The notes under the pieces were generated by a model, which searched no databases, had not been told where the DNA came from, and saw only the letters and a program-made list of their open reading frames with translations. The translations under genes and the position numbers were made by a program. Source: an uncultured Planctomycetota bacterium (GTDB lineage Bacteria > Planctomycetota > Planctomycetia > Isosphaerales > Isosphaeraceae). Taken from it: 64,000 nt of DNA. Shown here in pieces: positions 1-12,319 of the stretch. The DNA is taken from positions 1,376,001 through 1,440,000 of the forward strand of contig CAWGMQ010000005.1 of assembly GCA_963823665.1 (NCBI GenBank), written 5' to 3'. Numbering within the stretch: position 1 is the stretch's first letter; each line of letters begins with the position of its first letter.

Positions 1-2506
1 CGCCGCGGTTTGCGATAACCCCTTGACCGTGTTCCAGCCGAGCCGCACGGCCAGCGCACTGTTTTGCCCGGGGCGCTCCAGCGTGCAGTCGCAATCGCTG
101 TGATTGACGTCAACGGGAAGCACCGTCACGCCATGTCGTCGCGCGTCGGCCACCAGTTGCGCCGGTCCGTAGAATCCCATCGGCTGGCTGTTCAATATCC
201 CCGCCAGAAAGACGGCCGGATAGTGGCATTTGATCCACGCAGAGACGTAGACAAGCAGCGCGAACGATGCCGCGTGCGATTCCGGGAAGCCGTACAGACC
301 GAAGCCTTCGATCTGCTGAAAAAGGCTGCGGGCGAATTCCTCCGTGTAGCCGTTGGCGAGCATGCCCTGGATCAGTTTTTGCTCGAACTTGGTGATGGCG
401 CCGGTGCGCCGCCAGGCGCCCATGGCGCGGCGCAACTGGTCGGCCTCGCCCGGAGTGAACCCGGCTGCGACCACCACGAGCTTCATCGCCTGCTCCTGAA
501 AAAGCGGCACTCCAAGCGTTTTCTGGAGGACTTCGCGCACCGCTTCGCTGGGGTAAACAACCGGCTCCTGCCCGCAGCGGCGCCGCAGATAAGGATGCAC
601 CATCTTTCCCTGGATCGGTCCGGGCCGCACGATCGCCACCTCGACGACCAGGTCGTAGAACTCCTTGGGCTTTAACCTGGGCAGCATGCTCATCTGCGCA
701 CGCGATTCGATCTGAAAAACGCCGACCGTGTCGGCCCGCTGAATCATCTCGTAAACAACCGGGTCCTCGGCGGGAATGGTGGCCAGCGAGAAGGATTCTG
801 CGGTGTGCTGCCTGATCAGATCGAGGCACCGCCTGATTGCCGAGAGCATCCCCAGCGCCAGACAATCGACCTTGAGGATGCCGAGTGCATCCAGATCATT
901 CTTGTCCCACTGGACGACGGTGCGGCCGGGCATGCTGGCATTCTCGATCGGCACAATTTCGCACAGAGGCAGCCGGGTGAGGACCATGCCCGCCGACATG
1001 CTGAGACAGGTGACGCGGAAAGCCCAGGATCTCACGGACCAGGTAGATCAACTGGCGGCCGAGACGGCATGCAGGGTCGAACCCTGCCTCAGTTAGCTCG
1101 GCAAATAATCCGTCGCCGGTATCGGCGTGTCCAATGATATTGGCGAGTGAGTCGACACGATCGAGCGATAAGCCCAGGGCCTTGCCGACGTCACGCACGG
1201 CCGAACGCGGGCGATAGGTGATGAGCTCAGCCGTCATCCCGGCCCGCTCGCGGCCATACTTTTCGTAGATGTACTGAATCACCTCTTCCCGGCGCTGGTG
1301 CTCAAAATCGATGTCGATATCCGGGGCTTCGGCCCGTTCCCTGGAAATAAACCGCTCGAACAGCACGTCGATCCGGTCCGGGTCAACGGCCGTGACCCCC
1401 AGGCAATAACAAACGGCCGAGTTGGCAGCCGAGCCGCGCCCCTGGCAGAGGATATTCCGGTCGCGAGCAAAGCGGACGAGGTCCCAAACCGTTAGAAAAT
1501 AGGCTGCGTAGTCCAGCTCTTCGATGATGGCAAGCTCACGCTCGATGAGCTCGGTCAGCTTGGCCGGGACGCCGGTGGGATATCGCTCTTGCGCCCCTGC
1601 CCAGACCAGGCACGCGAGGTAAGAGCCCGGCGTCTGGCCTGCCGGGCATAATTCCTCAGGATATTCATATCGCAATTCGTCGAGGGAAAACGCGCAGCGG
1701 TCGGCCACCTCGCCCGTGCGGGAGAGGGCGGCCTGACTACCGGCATGGATCACGACAATCTCCTCGAGGGGCCTCAGCCGCCGTTCGCTGTTTGGAAAGC
1801 GGCTCGAGCCCAGCTCGGCGACGGTCGTCTTGAGTCGAATGGCCGTGAGCACATCCTGAAGATAGCGACGGCGGGCATCGTGATAATGAACATCGCCCGC
1901 GGCGACGAGTGGAACGCCCGCGGCCTGGGCCGCGCGCTGGCACTGGCCCAGCCGTCTTTCATCATGAGGCCCGCGATGCAGCTCGGCTACGGCGTAGGTT
2001 CGATCGCGAAAGACGTCCCGCCACTTGAATAGCTCGGACGGGTCTTCGTCCGAGGGTGGGAGGAGCGCGCCCAGAAGTAAGCCGCTTGCGTGCTCCGCGA
2101 CATCTGCAAAGGCGAGGTGGCATTCCCCCTTGGGGGCCCGACGACGGCCACGAGTCAAGAGCCGGCAAAGCCGGCCATAACCATCGCGGTTCATGGCCCA
2201 GAGCAAGACGGGTTGGGCGTCGACCAGGGTGATCTCGGCTCCGATCAGCAGTTTGAAGCCGATCTCCTTGGCGGCGACATGAGCGCGGACCACGCCGGCC
2301 AGGCTGTTCCGATCGGTGATCGCCATCCCTGCATAGCCCAGCCGGGCCGCCTCGGCAACCAGCTCGTTCGGGTGGGACGCACCTTCTAGGAAAGAGAAGT
2401 TTGTCTTGCAATGAAGCTCGACATAACGGACCGGAGGCGTCTTCACGGGCTCTAGGTCCCGAGCGGGCTCCGGCACATAGAGTTTGGAAGGAGGCTGTTC
2501 GGGCAT
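1..2506 (-). CDS. dnaE2: Error-prone DNA polymerase III alpha DnaE2; runs off the left edge; one frameshift near 990
   Basis: PHP domain ([19 protein letters not shown]), [35 protein letters not shown]; an alternative frame continues with [27 protein letters not shown] and [11 protein letters not shown]; follows imuA-imuB. Confidence 0.95.
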
Positions 2507-2512
2507 GATGAT

Positions 2513-4032
2513 TCAGTCGAAGAAGCCGTGGAGGAACCAGCGGCCGCTGCGCCGGTCGCGATAGATCCAGACGTGCGTGCCGTCTTCCCATTCGGCGCGA
2601 TAATAGTCGCGCTCGACGTCCTGGGCGCGCCACCAACCCGTCTCGATTCGCTCCGGCCCCCAGGAATGGACCACCCGGACGTTTTCCCGTTGCCAGGCCA
2701 TGCGAAGCGGCGGTCCATCCGGGATAATTGAGGTCACATCAATTGGCTCAGGCGCACCGAGGAGCCGGAGAGGACGTGCACGTGACTGTTCTGGAGGTAA
2801 ACGGAAACAGTCCGATTTCTTATCCGATTTCCTTGCTTGAAAGTTCATCCATGGGAAGAGCCGGACCGCGTGCTCAGGTTGCGCGTCGGGAATCACCTCT
2901 ACTCGTAGAACCGCCTTGGGATCAAGGCGGCTGCTGAGCCGCTCGACTAAACTGCTCACGGCCCGTGAGGCTCTCGTCTGGGAATCGTCACCAAACCAAT
3001 TACCCTGCGCTTGCTCGGGCCTCCCCAGTTTGAGCGCGGTCCAGCGAACGGCGATGATGCCGCCAAGAGATGTCTTGCGCTCCAGTTGCAGCTCGACGAG
3101 CTGAGCGAGATGCCGATCGTCCTGCGTGGGTTCCACCAGACGAATGTCGATCGAGACGGGACCGGTTTCGGCGTGGAGCTCACCTTCTAGTTCCTGGAGG
3201 CCCATGCCCAGCCGGCTGGCCATCGCCAGAAGCTCTTCGATCATCTGGCGGCACAAAAATACCAGCATATTACGATCGTCAACTGGCACGTCCCACTCGC
3301 GAAAGACGGAAAACGGCTCTCTCAGGCGCTCGCAGATAAAGGTCTCCGGAATGGAACCGAGAGCCTGGCCGAGCCTCTGAGGCAAGATCGCGCCGAACCG
3401 GCTGGCCAGCGATTCGCGAGGAAGGCCCAGCACGTCGCCGATTGTCCATAGGCCCAGGGCTTCGAGAGACTCAAGGACGACAGACGGCAGCCGCAGTGCG
3501 GCCACGGGGAGTTTCGATATAGCCGGCTCTTCGTCTCCCGCCTCCACGAAAGAGGTTCTTGAGGTGTGCGCAGCGCCCATGAAGCACACAACGTGGAGCT
3601 TAGCGCGAGTTGGATCTGGAAACCTCGCTTGATCCAGTAGTCGCGAACAGCCTCGAGAAACTGGGCCTCGCTACCCCAGAGATGCGTACAACCCGTGACC
3701 TCGCAGAAGAGCGACTCGGGATGAACGCCATCTTCCAGACCGACTGAAGGCGTGAATCGCTGACAGTCGAGGGCGAGCTGGCAAAGGGCATCGCGGTCGG
3801 CAACGAAGTCAGCAGGCAGGAAAACGGCTTTGGGCAGAAGCGATCTGGACTCGGCCAATGGTTGACCGATCCGAACGCCGAGCCGTTCCGCATCAAGACT
3901 GCAGACGGTAATCAGAGGCCGTTGATTCTGGGCGGCAAACAGCACGATCTCCGAGCGTCTAAGCTCGGGCCTTGCGCATCGCAGCCTCTGAATGGGCCAT
4001 CTCGGGAACCAGACGCACAAAACCCGCGGCAT
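2513..4032 (-). CDS. imuB: ImuB, inactive Y-family polymerase; frameshift near 3590
   Basis: N-terminus MPRVLCVWFPRWPIQR; C-terminus WGPERIETGWW...RDYY...WFLHGFFD; lies between imuA and dnaE2. Confidence 0.9.
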
Positions 4033-4687
4033 GGTCGATCTCCCAGGCCTGGGCGCTGCCTCCCTTGCCTCCCCGGCGATACAGAACCTCGATATTCAAT
4101 CGTCTGGATTCCTCCTGGGCTCCAGGCATCGGTGTGACCAGCAATCGCAACTCGGCCCAAACAGGCTGCCTTCTCGCTGAAACTGGCCTGAAAAATAGAC
4201 CCATTCCCCCGCCGGCCTCTGCGGCCAGTTGCCAGCGCCTGTGAACGCGTGTGGGAATTCGCTCGTCGACCCAGGCCCACGTAGCCGAGACCCCGGGGCA
4301 TCTCAGGCATTCCTCGATCGCCCAGCACGTTTCTGTTCGAGTCTGAGGACGGATAAGCATTGCCCTGCCTGAATCAACACCCCACCCCGATAAAGCAGGT
4401 ACGTAGAACTCCCCCGCAGGATCCACAACCGCCCAGAATCCACAGCCCGCAGAGGAGGACTGTGCCATGATTTGCATGGCCGCAGTAAGAGCCCCTGCGC
4501 CCTGTCTGGCCACCAGGCACTCCACGATGCCGCCCGGTCCAATGCCAAGCTCCGGCGATATGCTGTTTCGACGGACGGATTGAGCCGGCAGGACGTCATT
4601 CCGGAACGAGAACAACCCGCTATGCCGGCGAAGCTCCTGAACGGTCTGACGAACTTCACGACGCGGAGAGATCAGGTGACCTGACAT
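3959..4687 (-). CDS. imuA: ImuA, RecA-like mutasome accessory protein
   Basis: GGIVECL...GAGAL, WAVVDPAGEFYVPAL, WAIEECLRCPGV, RRWQLAAEAGGG; AGGAG RBS before ATG at 4687. Confidence 0.85.
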   Translation of the reverse strand: MSGHLISPRREVRQTVQELRRHSGLFSFRNDVLPAQSVRRNSISPELGIGPGGIVECLVARQGAGALTAAMQIMAQSSSAGCGFWAVVDPAGEFYVPALSGWGVDSGRAMLIRPQTRTETCWAIEECLRCPGVSATWAWVDERIPTRVHRRWQLAAEAGGGMGLFFRPVSARRQPVWAELRLLVTPMPGAQEESRRLNIEVLYRRGGKGGSAQAWEIDHAAGFVRLVPEMAHSEAAMRKARA

Positions 4688-4725
4688 GGGCAGCTCCTGA
4701 TGACGGCAGATCAGCACCGAAGGGA

Positions 4726-4755
4726 ATACTACCCATTTGTACAGGTATCTGTCAA
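4726..4755 (-). promoter_or_regulatory. Sigma70-type promoter of the imu operon (TTGACA-N18-TAGTAT) overlapped by an imperfect palindrome, candidate operator
   Basis: Minus strand reads ttgaca gatacctgtacaaatggg tagtat about 40 nt upstream of imuA; ACAG-GTAT-CTGT dyad at 4741-4752. Confidence 0.6.
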
Positions 4756-4762
4756 TGGCATC

Positions 4763-4903
4763 CGGAGACTTATCTAACTCCGCCTGAAATGTAGAAGGTC
4801 TCACCGGTGATCCAGGCCGAGTCGGACGACGCCAGGAACACCGCGGCAGGTGCGATATCCTCTGGCTGCCCGATAGCGCGTCCAACCCCGGAGGCAAGCG
4901 CTC
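4763..4903 (-). pseudogene. Internally deleted copy of the SDR locus at 43468-44300
   Basis: Encodes GQPEDIAPAAVFLASSDSAWITGETFYISGG, nearly identical to the SDR C-terminus, joined directly to gatagcgcgt..cccggaggcaag, which matches the SDR upstream region at 44267-44293. Confidence 0.85.
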
Positions 4904-6860
4904 TGAATCCGAGGCTGAAACCTCGCTCCTGACCACGTCGCTTAGGCCCAAAATCACCGCCGCGCTGCCGGCGAAGCGCCTCACGCTCCGAATCCGGTCC
5001 GGCCGCCCTCCGCAAGTGCACATGCGAAAATGGCTTCCGTCGATTCATCAGCATCTTACCCCGTGATAAAAAATGATTAAAAATGATTAAAAAAAACGGA
5101 CAATCCTCGCCCTTCTCATCGTTCAGAGCCCGGTGGGCAAACCCTGCGCTCACCTGATGACACGGCAAAGCTGCCAAGCCCCGCGCAGACATCCCGCCGA
5201 GCGGTAAGGCCTGGGTTTCGGAGCGAATCTCAGCCTCTTTGCCGATGGCACTATTTGGCATTGGATGTCACTCTATGCGTGAAATTGACCGCGGTTCTCA
5301 GGATGAGTCGAGATCGATGAGCAGGTAGGCAAGCAGATCGAGCCGCCCATCGCGCTAGCATCGCGCGCTCGCCGACCCTCCTCTTATGTAGAATATGTGC
5401 CCGGTTTCGGCTTTCGGCAATAAAAGCCTCCAAAAAAAGTGCAATCGCGCAATCGAGACGGCTGCAACGTCACGAGATACGGCTTTGCGCGATTTCTTTG
5501 TTAATTGTGAACACGCGGTCGAATCAAAACGGGTGTCGCGGTCGCCCGATCGGTCGTCGTTGGGGGTGCTGAAAGTCAAGCAGATCGCCTCAGAGAACCT
5601 GAACCAGCTCAGCAGTGCGCTACCCGACCTTGAACCAGGTCGTTCCCCTCGCTCGGGTTCGTTCGCGAAATTCAGCCACGTTGTCAAGTCACCGTTCATG
5701 CGTGTTTTCGTGATCCAACCTTCACTCTAATTCCAGGTTACGCATTTCCAGCCACCTGAGCTGCGTTGGGTTCGTTCGTCACATTCCGCACCAGCCCGCC
5801 CCGCAACCGACGCAAATGCCCGAAGTAGGTTAGGCTTTAGCCTGACAATCTCCCCGCTCCCACATCCGGATCGAAATGCCACAACCGAGTGCAAACGCAA
5901 GTTGCTATTACACACTCTTTCACGACATCCTCCGATCATTGATGCGAGCTTCCCCAAGAAATGGTACGAAATGGTATTGGATGGTACGAATTTCAAAAAA
6001 TCCCTTTCTCTCCCAATCGCGTTTTTCACCCCGCGGCAAGGCTTTGCCTCGCGCGCCACCGATAAAATGACGGCCTGGGTGCCTTAAAATTATCACGCCC
6101 GTGCCAAGGTCGAAGCTCTTTGCGCAAGTCCAACTGCGAGTTGGATTCTCTCGCGGTCACGAGCATCGCCGGCTGTGCGAAAATGTGATAATCCGTGATC
6201 AATTTCCAGCGAAATTCCATCCGGCCCCAGTCGCGGATCTCGGCATCGCCGAGGCTGATCCGACGCGCCCTCGCAGGCCAAGGAACGGACTCGTTCGAGA
6301 CGGGAAGGTCGATGGTTGAAACCCCCTCATTGAAGCAGGGCAAAGATGCTGGAAAAGAGAATGAGGCTACGTCTCTGACAATGAGGCGCGTACATTCTCT
6401 TTCCCTTTAGTATACACCATCCGACAGCAATCGGCAACGAAAAATGTCTATATATTTCTGGGCCCACTTCGGGTTTTAACGATCAGGCCGGTTCCAGTGT
6501 TCCCTTTAGAATGATGTGCGCGCTTTCTGTGCCGCGCGCGGCAGTTTCCACGCGCCCTATTCCAGTTTCAACGAGAATCGCCACTGGGTTTCGATGCATT
6601 CTGCAACTGACAACTGACATTTGCCCCCACCAAGAATGATCCGCACAAACGGCGATCCAGTTGCCAAAAGAAAAAGATTCTTGTCCGTTTCGAGTCGGTA
6701 TTCCTCCCCCCGCCCTACCAATGAGACCAGCGAACGCCGTCAGCTTGAGTGCTGCTCGTGCTCGTACTCCCGATCCCAGCCCTCCGTCCTGATGCCCGCC
6801 CTCCGTCCCCCGGGCTCGACGCCGTTCCAAAGATTTGCCACTTCCTCCAGCCCTTCGATT

Positions 6861-6898
6861 TTCGGATTTCGAGCTTCGGATTTCGAACTTCGGATTTC
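6861..6898. repeat. Heptamer tandem repeat (TTCGGAT/TTCGAGC/TTCGAAC, about 5 units)
   Basis: ttcggat ttcgagc ttcggat ttcgaac ttcggat read directly. Confidence 0.8.
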
Positions 6899-7133
6899 CT
6901 CCCCGAGTTCGTTTTGATGATTTGTCGCGCGTCCTTCTCCCGTAATGGTTAAGGGAACGGCACGTCCCCGGCGTCCACCCCTCACCTACGCGCTTCTTGC
7001 TCTGCGCCCGCAGATGGTACCCTGATGTTTGCCCTTCAACGCGAAGCCGGTTGAAGTTATCGCTTCCGGGCCGGAAGAGCGACCATCCGTCATTCATGGC
7101 TCGGGGAGCGGACAGTCGAGTCGCGGAGGACCA

Positions 7134-10100
7134 ATGGACGTATTCAATCTTCGCCGCAACCTCGTTGACTCCTACGCGAACTACATCCGCAGCTTCATCC
7201 AGATTCGCGACGACCGAATCAGTGCGAAGGTCAAGGAAGAGCTCAATTCCGGGCTGCTCTGGCCCGAGCCGCTGATTCAGCTCAACCCATCGTTCGAGCC
7301 AGGCCACACAATCGACCAGCTTGTAATCGAGGGCCTGCTGCACCCGACCTGTCGCGACGTCTTCCGCATCAAGAAATCCGAGGCCGACTCAGGCGGTCAG
7401 CCCCTGCGGTTGCATCGCCACCAAGAAGAGGCGATCCGCGTCGCGCGCAGCGGAGCCAACTACGTCCTGACGACCGGAACCGGGTCCGGTAAGAGCCTGG
7501 CGTACATGATCCCGATCGTCGACCACGTCTTGCGCCAGGCGCGCGCCGGGGCATCTCGGCGATCGTGGTCTATCCCATGAATGCACTGGCCAACAGCCAG
7601 TACGGTGAGCTCGAGAAGTACCTGTTACGCGGTTTTCCAGCTAACCAGGCCCCCGTCCGATTCGCGACCTACACCGGGCAAGAAGGCAAGGACCGCAAGG
7701 ACCAGATCATTGCCAGCCCGCCCGACATCCTGCTCACAAACTACGTGATGCTCGAGCTGATTCTGACGCGCCCCGAAGAAGACAATCTCATCGCCGCGGC
7801 CAAGGGCCTGAAATTCCTCGTGCTTGACGAGCTCCACACTTATCGCGGGCGCCAGGGCAGCGATGTCGCCATGCTGGTGCGCCGCGTTCGCGACCGGCTC
7901 GAGGCCGATCATCTCCAGTGTGTCGGAACCTCCGCCACGCTGGCCAGCGAGGGCACGTTCGACGAACAGGCGCCAGGATCGCCGATGTGGCGTCCAATCT
8001 GTTCGGCTCGGAAGTCCTGCAACAGAATGTGCTCGGCGAAACCCTTCGTCGCGCCACGGCGCATCGCGACATCGGCGATCCCGGGTTCCTCGCTGACCTC
8101 AGACAGCGCCTCGCGACAGGCGAGAGCACGCCACCGGCTGATTACGCGAGGCTTATCGCCGACCCACTCTCAGTCTGGATTGAATCCACCTTCGGGCTTC
8201 GCTCCGAGGATGAAACCGCCCGACTCGTCCGCGCCCATCCTCGCGGCATCGCCGGCAAGGACGGTGCCAGCACCGAGCTTTCGAAGCTGACAGGTACTGA
8301 CGAGCGCAGGTGCGCGGCGGAAATCCAGACGGCACTCATGGCCGGCTACGCCTGCTCCAACCCCGAGACTGGCTTCCCGGGCTTCGCCTTCAGACTCCAC
8401 CAGTTCGTCAGTCGCGGTGACACCGTGTACGCGACCGTTGAGCCCGAAGATGAACGGCACGTGACGCTTCAGGGACAGCAATTCGTGCCCGGGGACCGAG
8501 GCCGCGTGCTCTTGCCGCTCGTGTTCTGCCGCGAGTGCGGACAGGAGTACTACTCCGTGCGAATGACCGCCGATCAGGAGGCAGGCGTCCGCGTTTTCAC
8601 GCCCAGGGGTGCAACCGATCTTCAGGCGGAGGAGGGCGAGGAGCCCGGGTTTCTCCATGTTTGTGCAGCGGAGCCCTGGCCCACCGACCCCGACGCGGTG
8701 CTGGCCAGACTCCCCGATGATTGGCTTGAAGATCATAAGGGCGCAACACGGCTGCGGTCGTCCCGCCGGAAAGAGCTTCCTCGTCCCGTACGCATCGGGC
8801 CTGATGCCCGCGAATCGGAAAGTGGATTGGATTGTCACTTCCTCCCCGCGCCGTTCCGGTTCTGTCTGAGCTGCGGAGTCTCGTATGGCTTTCGGTTGCA
8901 TTCCGATTTCGGCAAGCTCGCCACGCTCAGCTCCGAAGGTCGCAGCACCGCGACCACCATTCTGTCCCTCACGACGATTCGGGAGCTTCGGCGCGCCGCT
9001 GGCCTCCCCTCCGGCGCGCGGAAACTCCTGAGCTTCACAGACAACAGACAGGACGCCAGCCTCCAGGCAGGCCATTTCAACGACTTTGTCGAGATCGGGC
9101 AGCTTCGCTCTGCCCTCTATAAAGCCGCCGTGAAAGCCGGTGCCGAGGGCATCACCCATGACGCACTCGCACAAAAGGTGTTCGATGCGCTCGACTTGCC
9201 GTTCGAGTCATACGCGAGCGATCCCGCAGTCCGTTTCTCGCAGGCCGATGACACGCGCCGCGCCCTGCGGCAAGTACTTGCTTACCGGCTCTATCGTGAC
9301 CTGCGCCGCGGCTGGCGAATCACCGCGCCGAATCTCGAGCAATGCGGACTGCTCGAGATCCGCTATCAGTCGCTCGATGAGCTGTGCACGGCGCACGACG
9401 TTTGGGCCGACAAGCATCCCGCACTGGCCGGCGCCCCGAATGTAACCCGGCGCGACGTTGCCAAGGTGCTCCTCGACTTCATGCGGCGCTCGCTTGCGAT
9501 CAAGGTCGATTACCTGGAACGAACGGCCCAGGAGCGAATTCAGCAGTTGAGCAGCCAGAAGCTGGCACCGCCCTGGGCACTGGATGAAAATGAGAAGCTA
9601 GACTACGCGACGATCTTGTACCCCAGAGCGCAATTCCGATCGGGACGACCGCGAGAGCATTTACCTCTCTCCGCAAGGGGGCTTCGGCCAGTACCTCGGC
9701 CGGCGCACCACGTTTCCCAGCATGTTCGCGCCGCTTGGCCTGGACCAGCGCCTCGCGATCATCCGCGACTTGCTCGAGGCCCTCCGGATCGCGGGGCTGG
9801 TGGAGATTGTCGCCCGGCCGGCCGCGCCCGGCGACCCGCCGGGCTACCAGGTTCCGGCCTCGGCCATGCTCTGGGTTGCCGGCGACGGCACGAAGGCATT
9901 TCACGACCCGATCGCCGTTCCCAGCCAGCCCGACTCCGGCGGCCGGACCAATCCCTACTTCGTTGAATTCTACCGCAACATCGCCAGCGACCTGCTTGGC
10001 CTCGAGGCCCGCGAACACACCGCCCAGGTCCCGTACGAATACCGACAGGATCGCGAAGATCGCTTCCGCGAGGGTAAGCTGCCTGTGCTGTTCTGTTCGC

Positions 10101-12319
10101 CCACGATGGAGCTTGGCGTCGACATCGCCGAGCTCAACGTCGTCAGTCTGCGCAATATCCCTCCCACCCCCGCTAACTACGCGCAGCGCAGCGGCCGCGC
10201 CGGACGCAGCGGACAGCCCGCCCTCGTGTTTTCCTACTGCGCCACCGGCAGCCCGCACGATCAGTATTTCTTCAAACGCCCCGCGCTCATGGTTGCCGGT
10301 GCCGTCACACCGCCCCGGATGGATCTCGCCAATGAAGACCTCATCCGCGCGCACGTCCACGCGATCTGGCTGGCGGAAACGCACCAGAAACTGGGAAGCA
10401 CGCTCAAGGATATCCTCGAGCTGAGCAAGCACCCCGAGCTCCCGTTGCTCGAATCCGTCCGCGCAAGCCTTGACAGCGCGTCCGCCCGCCAGCGAGCATT
10501 TTCACGGGCCGGCAAGGTACTCGCCACGCTCGCAGAAGAGCTTCGAGGCTCGGACTGGTTTACCGAAAGCTGGCTCGCCGATGCGATCAACCAGTCCTTG
10601 AATCGCTTCGATGCAGCCTGCGATCGCTGGCGCGGGCTCTACCGTTCCGCCATGGCCCAGCGCGAGCTGCAGAACCGCATCATCGGCGACGCTTCGCGCA
10701 GGTCATCGGACAAGGACCGAGCCAGGCTCCTGCGCAACGAGGCCGAATCGCAGCTCGAGCTGCTGACCGAGGCAACCAATATCGCCCAGGCCGATTTCTA
10801 CAGCTATCGCTACTTCGCGAGCGAGGGCTTTCTGCCCGGCTACAACTTCCCGCGGCTCCCGCTCTCTGCTTATATCCCCGCGCGCCGCGCGCGGCAAACG
10901 CGTGACGAATTCGTGTCGAGGCCCCGCTTCCTCGCAATCTCGGAATTCGGCCCTCGATCCATCCTCTATCATGAAGGCTCGCGCTATCAGATCAACCGCG
11001 TGATCCTGCCGGTCGAGGAAACCGAAAGCCTCTTGACCGAGCAGATCAAGCTGTGCCCCCAGTGCGGTTATCTCCACCCGATGCCAGGCCAGACCGGCCC
11101 CGATGTCTGCGACCGCTGCGGCAAGGAGCTTGGCACCGCGATGCAAGAGCTGTTCCGCTTGCAAAACGTGTCGACGAAGCGCCGTGAGCGCATCAACTGC
11201 GACGAGGAAGAGAGGCTTCGTCTCGGCTACGAGATCCAGACCGCCGTTCGGTTCAGCGAGCAGGGCGGTCGACCCTGCTACCGAACCGCCGAGGTCGTTC
11301 ACGATGGCGAGCAGGTCGCGTCCCTTGCCTACGGCCAGGCAGCAACCCTCTGGCGAATCAACCTTGGCGAGAACCGCCGCAGCAACAAAGCGCAGCACGG
11401 GTTCGTGCTCGACATCGAGCGCGGCTACTGGGCGCGGAGCGATCAGCTCGTCGACGAAGACGAGGACACCGATCCGCTCACCCCGCGGACCGCGCGTGTC
11501 ATCCCCTACGTCGAGGACCGGCGCAACGCGCTGCTCGTCGAATTTCACGAGCACCACGACGATGGCGTCGTCGCCTCCCTTCAAGCCGCCCTCAAGAACG
11601 CCATCCAGGTGCAATTTCAGCTCGAAGACGGCGAGCTCGCAGTCGAGCCGCTGCCCACGCGCGACAAGCGCCGGTTGATCCTCATCTACGAGTCGGCCGA
11701 AGGCGGCGCCGGTGTTCTGCGCAGGCTCGTCGAAGACCCACAGGCGCTGCCGGCAGTCGCGCGTGAGGCACTGAGGATCTGCCATTTTGACCCCGAAACC
11801 GGCAAGGATCTTCGCCGCGGCCGCGGAGCCCGTGAGGACTGCGAGGCCGCGTGCTACGACTGCCTCATGAGCTACCGGAACCAGCCCGACCACGCGCTGC
11901 TCGACCGCCAGTTGATCCAGCCTGTGCTGACCCTCCTCTCCCGCTCCCATGTTGCCTCCGCCCCTGCTCAATCTTCCCGTTCGGAGCACCTCGAAAAACT
12001 CATGCGCCTGGCCGGCTCAGACCTCGAGCGAGCCTGGCTTCGCTTCCTCGAAGCGCGCGAGCACCGGCTGCCCACCGGCGCCCAGGAGTTGATCGCCCAG
12101 GCCGGCACGCGGCCCGATTTCGTGTACACAGGCCATTACGCCGCGATCTACATCGACGGTCCCATCCATCAGTACGCGGACAGGCACAATCGCGATCTCG
12201 AGCAAACCGAGCGGCTCGAAGACTTGAGCTTTACCGTCATCCGGTTCACGCATCAAGACGACTGGGCGCGCATCATCGCCCGCTATCCCAGCGTCTTCGG
12301 CGCGGGGAGGCCGGGATGA
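7134..12319 (+). CDS. Large YprA-like DEAD/DEAH helicase with DUF1998 zinc-binding domain and C-terminal Vsr/DUF559-like nuclease; about 3 frameshifts
   Basis: GGAGGA RBS then [73 protein letters not shown]-terminal RPDF...IYIDGPIH. Confidence 0.9.
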
